Sequence record: OQ718158.1
DNA length: 64,000 bases
Reading direction: 5' to 3' (one strand)
The notes below the pieces were generated by a model. The model searched no databases, was not told the origin of the DNA, and saw nothing but the letters and a program-made list of their open reading frames with translations. This document shows, in pieces, positions 26,501-35,599 of this stretch. The stretch's first letter is position 1. Each line of letters opens with the position of its first letter. The position numbers were made by a program, and so were the translations under genes.

Positions 26501-29497
26501 GCTTTTTGCAATTTCGATAGTATCATCAGCAGTTGTAATACTACCCACAGTTAGTGTACCGTTTATCGTTGCATTATTATCAACAACCAAACCTTCACCA
26601 ATAGCATTTAACGCAATACTAGTAGCAGTTACTTGAGTAGCTGATACACTCTGTAGTGTGCTATTTCCAGTTGCTTCAATGGTTGCTGCTCTAACCGAAC
26701 CAATTGTTGCATCTGTACTAATTAGTTTTGGTAAAGTACTTGAATTTACTGAATCACTTACTGTGATTACACCAGTACTATTAATGGTTTCAGCACTTGT
26801 TAGTGATTTAACAGTTACGTCAGCAGAACTAAGGTCAACTGTTCCTGATACAACTAAATCACCACCAATATTTGCACCTTCAGTTGTGGTAATTGATTTA
26901 GCATTAATATCAGTTGTTGCTAAGTCAATTGAACCAGGAGTTAAAACACCACTAACAGTTAGGTTACCTGTAATTGTTGTATCATTACTAATTTCAACAC
27001 CACCAGCATTAAAAATAACTGGCGTTTCAACAGAAATAGATTTCACATTACCACTTGCGACGACAGATGCTAATGAAGATGCTCCTGTAATATTTAAAGC
27101 AACACTGTTTGTTGTTGTAGCAGTTATAGTTCCAATACTTGCTTCAGTACTTGATAATTTAGGTAGAACACTAGTACCATTTAGATCATTACTAACGACT
27201 GGACCAGTACTTGTTAGTGATTTAACAGTTACATCTGCCGCACTAAGGTCAACTGTTCCTGATACAACTAAATCACCACCAATATTTGCACCCTCGGATG
27301 TGGCAATTGATTTAGCAGAAACGTCAGTTGTGCTTAGGTCAATTGAACCAGGAGTTACCGAACCACTTACTGTCAAGTTTCCATCAATTAAAGTATTATT
27401 TGTAATAGATACACCTGCTGGGTTAGAAATACTATCAGCTTGAACTACAACAGCAGTAACTTTACCAGAAGAATTTAAGTTAACAACACTAGAATTACCA
27501 CTAACTGTCAAATCTGTAATGGTTGCATCACTAACAGTTGCGTTTGTTGCAGTTAAATCAGTACTTGATAATTTAGGTAGAACACTAGTACCAGTTAGAT
27601 CATTACTAACGACTGGACCAGTACTGGTTAATGATTTAACAGTTACGTCTGCTGCACTCAAATCAACCACACCATCAACAGTTAAGTTACCATTAACAGT
27701 TACACCCTCTGTTACAGTTACAGACTTAGCAGCAACGTCAGTTGTGCTTAGGTCAATTGAACTAGGAGTTAGCGTTCCTTGAATAACAACATCATTTTCA
27801 AATGTGGTATTACCGGAAATTGTTGGCGAAGTTAATGTAGTTGTTGAAATTGAATCTGCACTTACGGAATCTGCACTTATTTCACCCGTTGATGTGATTT
27901 TTGGTGAAGTAATTTCAGTTGATGCTGAAATTGTTGGTGCTGAAACTAAAGTTGTTGCAGATACTGAATTTGAGTTAATAGTATTGGTATTTAGTACATT
28001 ACTAAGAACCATCGAACTACCATTAATTTCACCAGTTACACCAAGAGTTCCACCGATTGACGCATTACCAGTGCTTTCTAAGGTCACTGCTTTCACCAAT
28101 GTTGATGCATTAATCGAATTAGGAGTTAGGTCTTGACCACTTACATCAACAGTTAGGCCAGTTACTACACCAGTAAAGTCAACATCGTTTAAAATAGTCT
28201 TACCACCAACTCTTAGTTGTGGTGTGTTTGGGTCTTGTACCGCATTACCAGTAATTGTTAGGTAATCTAGTTTGTTTAGACCATTACCTGTGATACCGTA
28301 AGTAGCCAAAGATGCGTTACCAAAAGTTGCTGTTTTTAGAACATTTAATGTCGCTGGAGAAACAACTTCAGATTGTATTTCGTTTTGTAGTATTACTGTT
28401 GGACGTAAACCAGTACCAGTATATGCAAACGAAATTCTAGCAGCCGGATCTGCTACGTTTTGTCCTAAACTTACTGCTTTAAGTGTCGCAGTACTATTAA
28501 AACCAGTAATGTTACCACCTAAAGATACAGCACCACCTAATGAAGATGTACCAGAAACATTTAATGTTAGTGCGTTCAAATCATCCAATTGGAATGTACC
28601 ACCTAATGTTCCAGCGATATTAATATCATTAAAGTTTGCAGTACCTGAACTTTCGATATTAGGAATGGTTGCAGTTCCAGTTACTTCAAAATCATGAACT
28701 TTAGTTTTTCCAGATTTTACCTCCAACAATGGTGTTGTTGGGTCTTGAACAGCATTACCTGAAACTGTCAAGTAATCTAGTTTGTTTAGACCATTACCAG
28801 TGATACCATATGTTGAAAGTGATGCGTTACCAAATGATGCAGTAGAAAGAACTGTCAATTTTGCTGGTGACATCAACTCTGATTGAATTTCGTTTTGTAA
28901 TAGTACAGTTGGTCTTTGACCAGGAACAGTATAGCCAAAGTTAAGTCTATACGCTTGACCTGCCGCATCCGGTCCAATACGAACATCACGGAAGTTTGCA
29001 GTACTGTTTATACCAGTAATGTTTGCACCCAACGTAACTGCACCTTGTAGACCAGTAGTCCCAGACACATTAAGTGTTGTAGCATTAATATCAGAAAGAT
29101 TAAAAGTACCACCAAGTGTACCAGAAATGTTTACATCTTTAAAAGTTGCTGTGCCAGTTGAAGTAATATCAGTTGATTCAACAGAATCAAATGATCCTGA
29201 ATTAGCTTCTAAGTTATCAAATTTTGCAGTTGTTCCGACAGCAGCAGTAATGTTTCCTGCAAATGTCGCAGCACCTGAAACATCAGCACCAGCGGATAAG
29301 GTTGCCTTACCAGCAACATCCAATGTACCTGTGACATTCACAGTACCAGCGGTAATTGCAGTGAATACTGCGTTAGCAAAAGACACTTCCCCATTAACCG
29401 TTAGGTCATTACTGAATACTGCATTACCTTTGACCAAAAGATCCTTACCTACCGTGGAATTACCAGATACGTCAAGATCCGTTTTAATCGAGTACAT
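23531..29497 (-). CDS. giant beta-repeat fibre protein A (1988 aa)
   Basis: T/V/G/S/A-rich repeats (TVGGxLxVTG, IDLSxxDVxxKS); GGAGG SD; paralog of 29647..34567. Confidence 0.8.
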   Translation of the reverse strand: MYSIKTDLDVSGNSTVGKDLLVKGNAVFSNDLTVNGEVSFANAVFTAITAGTVNVTGTLDVAGKATLSAGADVSGAATFAGNITAAVGTTAKFDNLEANSGSFDSVESTDITSTGTATFKDVNISGTLGGTFNLSDINATTLNVSGTTGLQGAVTLGANITGINSTANFRDVRIGPDAAGQAYRLNFGYTVPGQRPTVLLQNEIQSELMSPAKLTVLSTASFGNASLSTYGITGNGLNKLDYLTVSGNAVQDPTTPLLEVKSGKTKVHDFEVTGTATIPNIESSGTANFNDINIAGTLGGTFQLDDLNALTLNVSGTSSLGGAVSLGGNITGFNSTATLKAVSLGQNVADPAARISFAYTGTGLRPTVILQNEIQSEVVSPATLNVLKTATFGNASLATYGITGNGLNKLDYLTITGNAVQDPNTPQLRVGGKTILNDVDFTGVVTGLTVDVSGQDLTPNSINASTLVKAVTLESTGNASIGGTLGVTGEINGSSMVLSNVLNTNTINSNSVSATTLVSAPTISASTEITSPKITSTGEISADSVSADSISTTTLTSPTISGNTTFENDVVIQGTLTPSSIDLSTTDVAAKSVTVTEGVTVNGNLTVDGVVDLSAADVTVKSLTSTGPVVSNDLTGTSVLPKLSSTDLTATNATVSDATITDLTVSGNSSVVNLNSSGKVTAVVVQADSISNPAGVSITNNTLIDGNLTVSGSVTPGSIDLSTTDVSAKSIATSEGANIGGDLVVSGTVDLSAADVTVKSLTSTGPVVSNDLNGTSVLPKLSSTEASIGTITATTTNSVALNITGASSLASVVASGNVKSISVETPVIFNAGGVEISNDTTITGNLTVSGVLTPGSIDLATTDINAKSITTTEGANIGGDLVVSGTVDLSSADVTVKSLTSAETINSTGVITVSDSVNSSTLPKLISTDATIGSVRAATIEATGNSTLQSVSATQVTATSIALNAIGEGLVVDNNATINGTLTVGSITTADDTIEIAKSTAITGDLAVSGTLTAGIIDLSTTDVTVKSLDSLGNVHVGGDISVDGSIDLSSADITASTLASTGSTTVGGDLVLTTGIVTGSPEISGNLTVNGTSTLVGAVSTSGTVNTAGKVTVATGGVQVVSGGLQLDEGTITAPAASISGNAALNSATVGTTLAVTGQSTFNGGVAASALDISGDSTVQKLTVKGEFIPEGGLNLAGADLVVNSVEAATTLNVIGASTLSSLDAETIDVSGPATIDSLSVTKASVLNGTLNVTGITTLGTVNTGSLSATSVSTNTLSSTGAATLGGTLQVDGLLTASGGVDLSASDVEVKSLSSSTTISSVGTASFGGAITSPSASLTGPGVGLTVNNNATVGGTLSVTGLTNLNGGVSTTTVDVSGDSTFTGDVTVNGTFTPAGGLNLASSDITANSISVATTMHSDGNTTVGGDLGVTGVVSAPSVTLNGSGTALSVTNNATIGGTLDVTGTATAGSIVTSGITSTSGNFSTTLGVTGAATFSDDVTVAGTLTPGSLDLSSTDVVANSISVATTIHSDGNATVGGSLGVTGAISAPSSTFNGTGTGLIVTNNATIGGTLSVTGATTLGSITTAGAVKTGANVVIGTQTGENPETVQIFPNTFIAGSLRVDGGINADIDVSGQTIEPYAIVAEQTIQAASDITSGASLISKAATIGEVGSQNNNLIVNGNVVNNGNFTVTGVLNAQLNQADSDVAVKSLTAANNVAAGTTLSAGTAITAGTSITATGLLKGNTLEVTTTGSFGGLVTMSSGANITGAVTTAGNITVGGNITATGTAGFAATTVSTITTSGLATLASASITGNATVGGALTVNGNVTLGDAAADVLTVNATSSFKENAVFDKAVTVTGELTTTNANLTTTTVTTKKYDVIPTQVTSSVIAPTGTWTPDGTSNVYFITLDQDTTLAPITGLIGGGKAASVYIYVKQDATGNRNFTTDGTYAVVDGELNKTAGSVTIYQVIYDGVSPVTDLFIAQRTA
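26795..27292. repeat. about 84-bp near-identical direct repeat inside fibre A (26795-26878 and 27209-27292)
   Basis: ACTTGTTAGTGATTTAACAGTTAC...AAGGTCAACTGTTCCTGATACAACTAAATCACCACCAATATTTGCACC in both copies. Confidence 0.85.
27144..27652. repeat. about 95-bp near-identical direct repeat inside fibre A (27144-27238 and 27558-27652)
   Basis: TCAGTACTTGATAATTTAGGTAGAACACTAGTACCA.TTAGATCATTACTAACGACTGGACCAGTACT...; 4 mismatches by eye. Confidence 0.85.
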
Positions 29498-29558
29498 AGA
29501 GTCCCCTCCTATAACGATGAACTATATATTCATAACCCATCTTTTGTTAATATACTTA

Positions 29559-29564
29559 TATTTA
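29559..29564 (-). promoter_or_regulatory. late promoter-like TAAATA
   Basis: ACTAAATATA..TATATTAACAA context shared with the one at 34627. Confidence 0.6.
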
Positions 29565-29596
29565 GTTTAATTCACAAAAACACTATTATCTAATAC

Positions 29597-29628
29597 AAAA
29601 GAAAAAGCCAACTAAAAAAGTTGGCTTT
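29597..29628 (-). terminator. rho-independent terminator
   Basis: minus strand AAAGCCAACT-TTTTT-AGTTGGCTTTTTCTTTT. Confidence 0.8.
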
Positions 29629-29646
29629 AATTATTAATTTAAAATG

Positions 29647-32600
29647 TTATACACGTTGTGCAACGAAGGTATCAAACACAGTACTGAAACCATCATAGAT
29701 TACTTGGATAATACTTGTTTGACCAACTACAGCACTTACTGTACCAGAAACTACAGAGTATGCACCACCGAAGGTGAAAGTAGTATCAGCAACAGTTGGA
29801 GTTACATAGATATACACTGAACATGCTTGACCACTACCAATTAGACCCGCGATGGAATCCATTGTAACACTTTGGTCAAGAGTTAAGCGATATACGTTAG
29901 TAGTACCATCTGGTGTCCAAGTACCACCTACAGCAGCAGTAGAAGCAGTAACACTAGCAGGGATAACAGAATATTTCTTAGTTACCATGTTGTTTGTAGT
30001 GAAGTTTGCAGTGGTGGTGTTAATAGAACCAGTCACTGTTAGGTTCTTATCAAATGTTGCGTTCTCTTTAAATGTAGATGTTGCATTTACAGTTAAAGTA
30101 TCAGCAGCAGCATCACCAATCACAGTGTTACCATTTGCAGTTAATGTACCACCTACAGTTAGAGCACCAGTTACAGATGCACTTGCAAGGGTAGCTAAAC
30201 CTGATGTTGTAATGGTAGAAACGGTTGTTGCACCGAATCCAGCAGTACCAGTTGCAGAGATATTACCACCTACTGTTAGGTCACCAGCAGTGATACCAAC
30301 AGTACCAGTGATGTTTGCACCACTTGACATAGTTACTGCACCACCAAATGAACCAGTAGTGGTGACTTCTAACGAATTACCTTTTAGTAAGCCTGATGCA
30401 GTGATGGATGTTCCAGCAGTGATTGAAGTACCAGCCGCAACGTTATTAGTTGCAGTTAAAGATTTAACAGCTACATCGGAATCTGCTTGGTTCAATTGTG
30501 CATTTAGTACACCAGTAACGGTGAAGTCACCATTAGTTACTACGTTACCATTAACAGTTAGGTTGTTGTTTTGTGAACCAACATCACCAATTGTTGCAGC
30601 TTTAGAAACGATGGTTGCACCAGAAGTAATGTTACCAACAGCAGATAGTGTTGCAGCAGCTTCAATTGCATATGGTTCTAGTGTTTGACCACTTACGTCG
30701 ATTTCAGCGTTAATACCACCGATTACACGCAATTTACCAGCAATATAAGTATCTGGAATGATCTGTACAGTTTCAGGTTGTTCACCAACTGGAGTACCAA
30801 CAGTTAGGGTTGTACCAGTTTTCACTGCACCAGTAGCTGTTAGTGAAGATACAGTAGTTGCACCAGTAACACCTAGAGTTCCAGTTACACCCAAATTACC
30901 ACCAACTGATGCGTTTGCAGTAGAAGTTAAACTTCCAACAGTTGCTAGACCAGATGCAGTCACAGTAGAAGTACTAACACCACCACTTAGAGTACTTAGG
31001 CCAGTTGCATTGATAGTTGTCGCAGTAGTTAGACTATTAGCAGTAATGTCTGCACCGCTTAGGTCAAGACCACCTTGTGGGATCAATTCACCTTGGACAG
31101 TTAGTTTCTGAACAGTACTGTCACCAGAAACTGTTAGTGATGTCGCAGATACACCTGCTAGAGTAGAAGCACCAGTTACACCTAAAGTTCCAGTAATGGA
31201 AGTTCCTGCTAGAGTAGAAGCACCAGAAACGTTAATTGTGTTAGTATTGATACCACCATCAACTACCTGAATACCACCAGTACTCACTGTTACTTTCTTA
31301 CCGATATTAACAATATCAGTTAGGTTAACAGCACCAGTTACACCAAGAGTTCCACCGATTGTTGTATTACCAGAGATAGCTGGGCTACCAGTCACAACAC
31401 CAGTTGTTAGTACTAGATCAGTACCAACAACTTGCTAGACTTGCAGCTACAAGGTTAGTTGCACTTAAGTCGAATGCACCATCTACAGTTAGGTTACCAG
31501 CAATGTGTGCGTTACCTAGTGAATCAAGAGATTTAACGGTTACATCAGTATTGCTTAGGTCGATTGAACCAGCAGTTAGTGTGCCAGATACAGCTAAATC
31601 ACCAGTGATTGCAGTATTTTTTGCAATATTAAGAGAAGCAGCAGTTGTTGTTAAAGAACCAACAGTTGCAATGCCACCAACAGATAATGCACCACCAACG
31701 TTTGCATCATTATCAACTTGAAGACCAAGGCCACCACCAGAAAATTCAGCACTATTAGCAGTTACTTGAGTAGCTGATACACTTTGTAGTACACTGTTGC
31801 CAGTTGCATTAATAGTACCTGCATTTACTGTAAAGAGTGTTGCATCAGTTGAAGTAATTTTAGGTAACGAACTAGTATTGGTTGAATCGGTAACGGTAAT
31901 AACACCAGCACTTGTAATTGTCTCTGCACTTGCAAGAGATTTCACAGACACATCAGCAGCACTTAGGTCAAAAGTACCATCAACTACTAAGTTTCCACCA
32001 ACATTAACATCAGCAGTAGTAGTTAGTGAGTTTGCAGTAATATCAACAGTTGTTAGATCAAGACCACCTTCAGGTTTGAATACACCAGTGACAGTTAGAT
32101 CTTTTGCCGCGACAACATTACTTGCTAGATTTAGTGTACCAGCACCAGCAGCTTCAGCTTGTAAAGTTGGAACTGTTACAGAAGTTGTGATTGTTGCAGT
32201 ACCAGAAGACAAACGCGAACCAGATACTACACCAGTACTAGTTAGTGTTCCTACTTTCGCTGCACCAGTAGTAGTTAGTGTGCCACCTGAAACGTCACCA
32301 GTTGCGGCAACAGAAGATGCATTAATTACACCAAATGTACTTGGGTTAGTTGCACTAACTGATTTTGTTACTACATCAGCAGCAGACAAATCAATAGCAC
32401 CAGTTACTGCAAGAGAACCACCAACAGTTACGTTACCAGTAGTTGTTAAAGAAGCAGCACTTACATCAGTAGTGCTTAAATCTATACTACTCGGAGTTAG
32501 TGTTCCAGTAATAGTTACGTTATTAGCAAAAGTAGTGTCACCAGTAATACTTGGAACAGTTAGTGAAGCCATAGAGCCAGCACCAGTTACTGCAAGAGAA

Positions 32601-34567
32601 CCACCAGATAGTGCACCAGCCGCAGTTACTGTATTACCAGATACAGACGCACCAGTAACATCACCAGTACTGGTTACTGAACTAGCAGTTAGGCCAGCTA
32701 AAGTAGTGTCCCCAGCAACAGATAGTGTTGTTGTAACATCAACTTTATTTGGGGCGATATCAAGACCATCAACATCAGCTTGGGCAGTTACACCAGTAGT
32801 TGTACCAGTTACTACTAAATCACGTACAGTTACAGTTTGACCAGTAACGCTAACATCACCACTGAAAGTACCTTTAGCAGCACTTACATCACCAGTGAAG
32901 GTAGCAGCAGTACCAGTTAGTGCACCAACAACATTAGCAGTTCCACCAACTTGTAGGTTAGTTCCTACTGTGGTTTGACCAACTGATTCAAGGGTTTGAC
33001 CTTTGATTGCTTCAGCAGCATCTACTGATTTAGGAGTTAGATCTTGTCCACTCACATCAACAGTTAGACCAGTTACAGTACCAGTGAATTCAACATCATT
33101 TAGTACTGATTTACCAGCAACTTGTAGTTGTGGGGTAGCTGGACTTTGTGTACCATTACCAGTAATAGATAGATAATCTAGTTTGTTTAGACCGTTACCT
33201 GTGATACCATAGGTTGCAAGAGATGCATCACCAAAGGTTGCAGTTTTTTGTACATTAAGTACTGCTGGAGATACTAGCTCAGACTGAATTTCATTTTGTA
33301 GAATTACAGTTGGACGTGCACCAGGGGCAGAATAAGCAAAACCATACTTAACGTTAGCATCGGCGGCGTTTTGTCCTAAACTTACTGCTTTAAAATTAGC
33401 AGTACTATTAGCACCGGAAATATCAGCACCTAAAGTTACACCACCAACAAGGCTAGTTAAACCGGATACAGTTAGTGTGTTTGCTTCAATATCATCAAGA
33501 CTGAAAGTACCACCGAGTGTACCAGATACGTTGATGTTATTAAAATTAGCAGTACCAGTACTTTCAATGTTAGGAATAGTTGCAGTTCCTGTTACTTCGA
33601 AATCATGAACTTTAGTTTTACCTGAAGTTACTTGTAATAGTGGAGTTGTTGGATCTTGAACAGAGTTACCAGATACTGTTAGGTAATCTAGTTTGTTTAG
33701 ACCATTACCAGTAATACCAAAAGTGGATAGTGACGAATCACCAAAAGATGCAGTTTTCAATACACTTAGGGTAGCTGGAGACATCAATTCTGATTGGATT
33801 TCGTTCTGTAGAATTACAGTTGGACGAAGACTTGGAGCAGAATAGTTAAAGCTCAAACGGTAGTTAGTGTTTGCAGCATTGGAACCAATTTTAATATCAC
33901 GGAAGTTTGCACTACTATTCACACCAGTAATGTTGGAACCTAATGTAACACCACCTTGTAGACTGGTTAAACCAGAAACAGTTAGAGTTGTTGCATTAAC
34001 ATCAGATAGACTAAATGTTCCACCTAGTGTACCGGAAATATTCACATCTTTAAAGTTTGCAGTTCCAGTTGATGTGATATCAGTAGTTGCAGTGTTTGTG
34101 AATGTTGCATCAGTTGCAGTTATTTTGTCAAATGCTGCGGTAGTGCCAGTTTCAGCAGTAATATTACCTTTAAATGAAGAAGTTCCAAGAACATCCATTG
34201 ATGCCACTTGGGTATCTTTTAGTACAGCAGTGCCAGCGGTTTGTGTTAGGTTACCTGCCATTGATACTGGGCTTTGGAATTGTGCATTAGAATTAATCGT
34301 TGCAGTATCAGAACCAACAGGCAAATTACCAATTACGGAATTACCATGAACTTCAATTCCACCATTCAATGATGCTTTACCAGCAACATCTAGTGTAGAT
34401 GAAATGTCTACAGTTTCTGCTTCAATTGCAGTGAATACAGCGTCAGCAAAAGTTACAGTTCCATTAACTGTTAGATTTTTATTGAATACTGCATCACCTT
34501 TCACAAGAAGATCTTTAGCAACCGTTGCACCACCAGTTATATCGAGATCTGTTTTAATCGAGTACAT
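29647..34567 (-). pseudogene. giant beta-repeat fibre protein B, split by a 14-bp deletion at 31429/31430 (about 1644 aa if restored)
   Basis: Track ORFs 31418..34567 and 29647..31395 are collinear with fibre A; ...LAS(TGSTT)VGxDLVLTTG lacks 14 nt relative to the paralog at 26301-26314. Confidence 0.8.
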
Positions 34568-34626
34568 TTAGTTCCCTCCAAATAGGCAAAAAGCATAAAA
34601 TACATTTGACCTTGTTAATATACATA

Positions 34627-34632
34627 TATTTA
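34627..34632 (-). promoter_or_regulatory. late promoter-like TAAATA
   Basis: TATTTA on +, upstream of fibre B. Confidence 0.6.
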
Positions 34633-34643
34633 GTTATTGATAT

Positions 34644-34676
34644 AAAAAATCCAGACTAGATGAATCATAGTCTGGA
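34644..34676 (-). terminator. rho-independent terminator
   Basis: TCCAGACTA...TAGTCTGGA stem with a T-run on the minus strand. Confidence 0.7.
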
Positions 34677-34685
34677 CTATTTTTT

Positions 34686-35585
34686 TTATTTACCGGAAAT
34701 TACTATTTTACCACTAAACGCTTCGTCAGAAGTGAATGTAACATTACCACTTGCATCAATTTGAGTTTCGGTTATTACCAGTTCAAATGGTGATGCTGCT
34801 GTACTGCCTGGTGTTTTATTTGAATATATAGAAATATACAAATTGTCAGGTGTTTGGTTATGTTCTGACGCTGGAACAGTAATGGTGTAATCATCACCAG
34901 ATGCTACCCAATCTGCTATATTAATTAATTTACTATAAGGTACTGTCATTGTTGTTGCTCCTATGATGTTGACTTTGACACTTGTGTATTCAGTGATTTG
35001 ACCAATAACATCAATCGTAATGTCACCAATACCACTCACAGTGACGTTAGTTTGGAATACAGTGTCAAGTGGGATGTTACCAGGATCACCCTGTAGCTGA
35101 ACCATAATATCTGGACCACGACCATGTACTGATTCAGGTAAAGAATAAGTATATTGATCTGTTGTTCCAGGAACTAATGTAAATGCCGATACAGGAACGA
35201 TTTCAGTAGTAACGTAAGAACTATCAGTACCTGGAGTTGTGCTTTGGAGAGGCTTCCAAACACCAAGGTCTTTAATATAGATCTGAATAATATTAGTACT
35301 GTCAACTAAGAAGTAAGCGTCACCATCTACACCGATTGATTCAGATGGTGCAATAGTTCCACGTAAAATACCGGAACCACCACCACCACCGCTATGTGTA
35401 TTCAAATAACCCAATGTAACCAAGTGTGTATTTGCGATTGGGTCACCTGCTGAAACAGGAAGAAGTTGTGTACCCGTGTAGTTCTGGATTTGAACAACAT
35501 TACCATTAGTGGCAATTTGTGCACCATTTTTACCAAGTATGAAGGTCTTCTTCATGGTTCCTTCTAAATTAGAAAAAACTGCCAT
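34686..35585 (-). CDS. tail fibre/spike-associated structural protein with shared anchor domain
   Basis: N-terminal about 105 aa (MAVFSNLEGTM...) homologous to the N-terminus of the depolymerase spike; two copies of a C-terminal beta module. Confidence 0.65.
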   Translation of the reverse strand: MAVFSNLEGTMKKTFILGKNGAQIATNGNVVQIQNYTGTQLLPVSAGDPIANTHLVTLGYLNTHSGGGGGSGILRGTIAPSESIGVDGDAYFLVDSTNIIQIYIKDLGVWKPLQSTTPGTDSSYVTTEIVPVSAFTLVPGTTDQYTYSLPESVHGRGPDIMVQLQGDPGNIPLDTVFQTNVTVSGIGDITIDVIGQITEYTSVKVNIIGATTMTVPYSKLINIADWVASGDDYTITVPASEHNQTPDNLYISIYSNKTPGSTAASPFELVITETQIDASGNVTFTSDEAFSGKIVISGK

Positions 35586-35599
35586 TTTTATAATCTCCT

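Noticed and set aside
23868-34349. Many long + strand ORFs (up to 348 aa) opposite the fibre genes
   Set aside because: Shadow frames of repetitive Thr/Val/Gly codons; no SD, promoter or family motifs.
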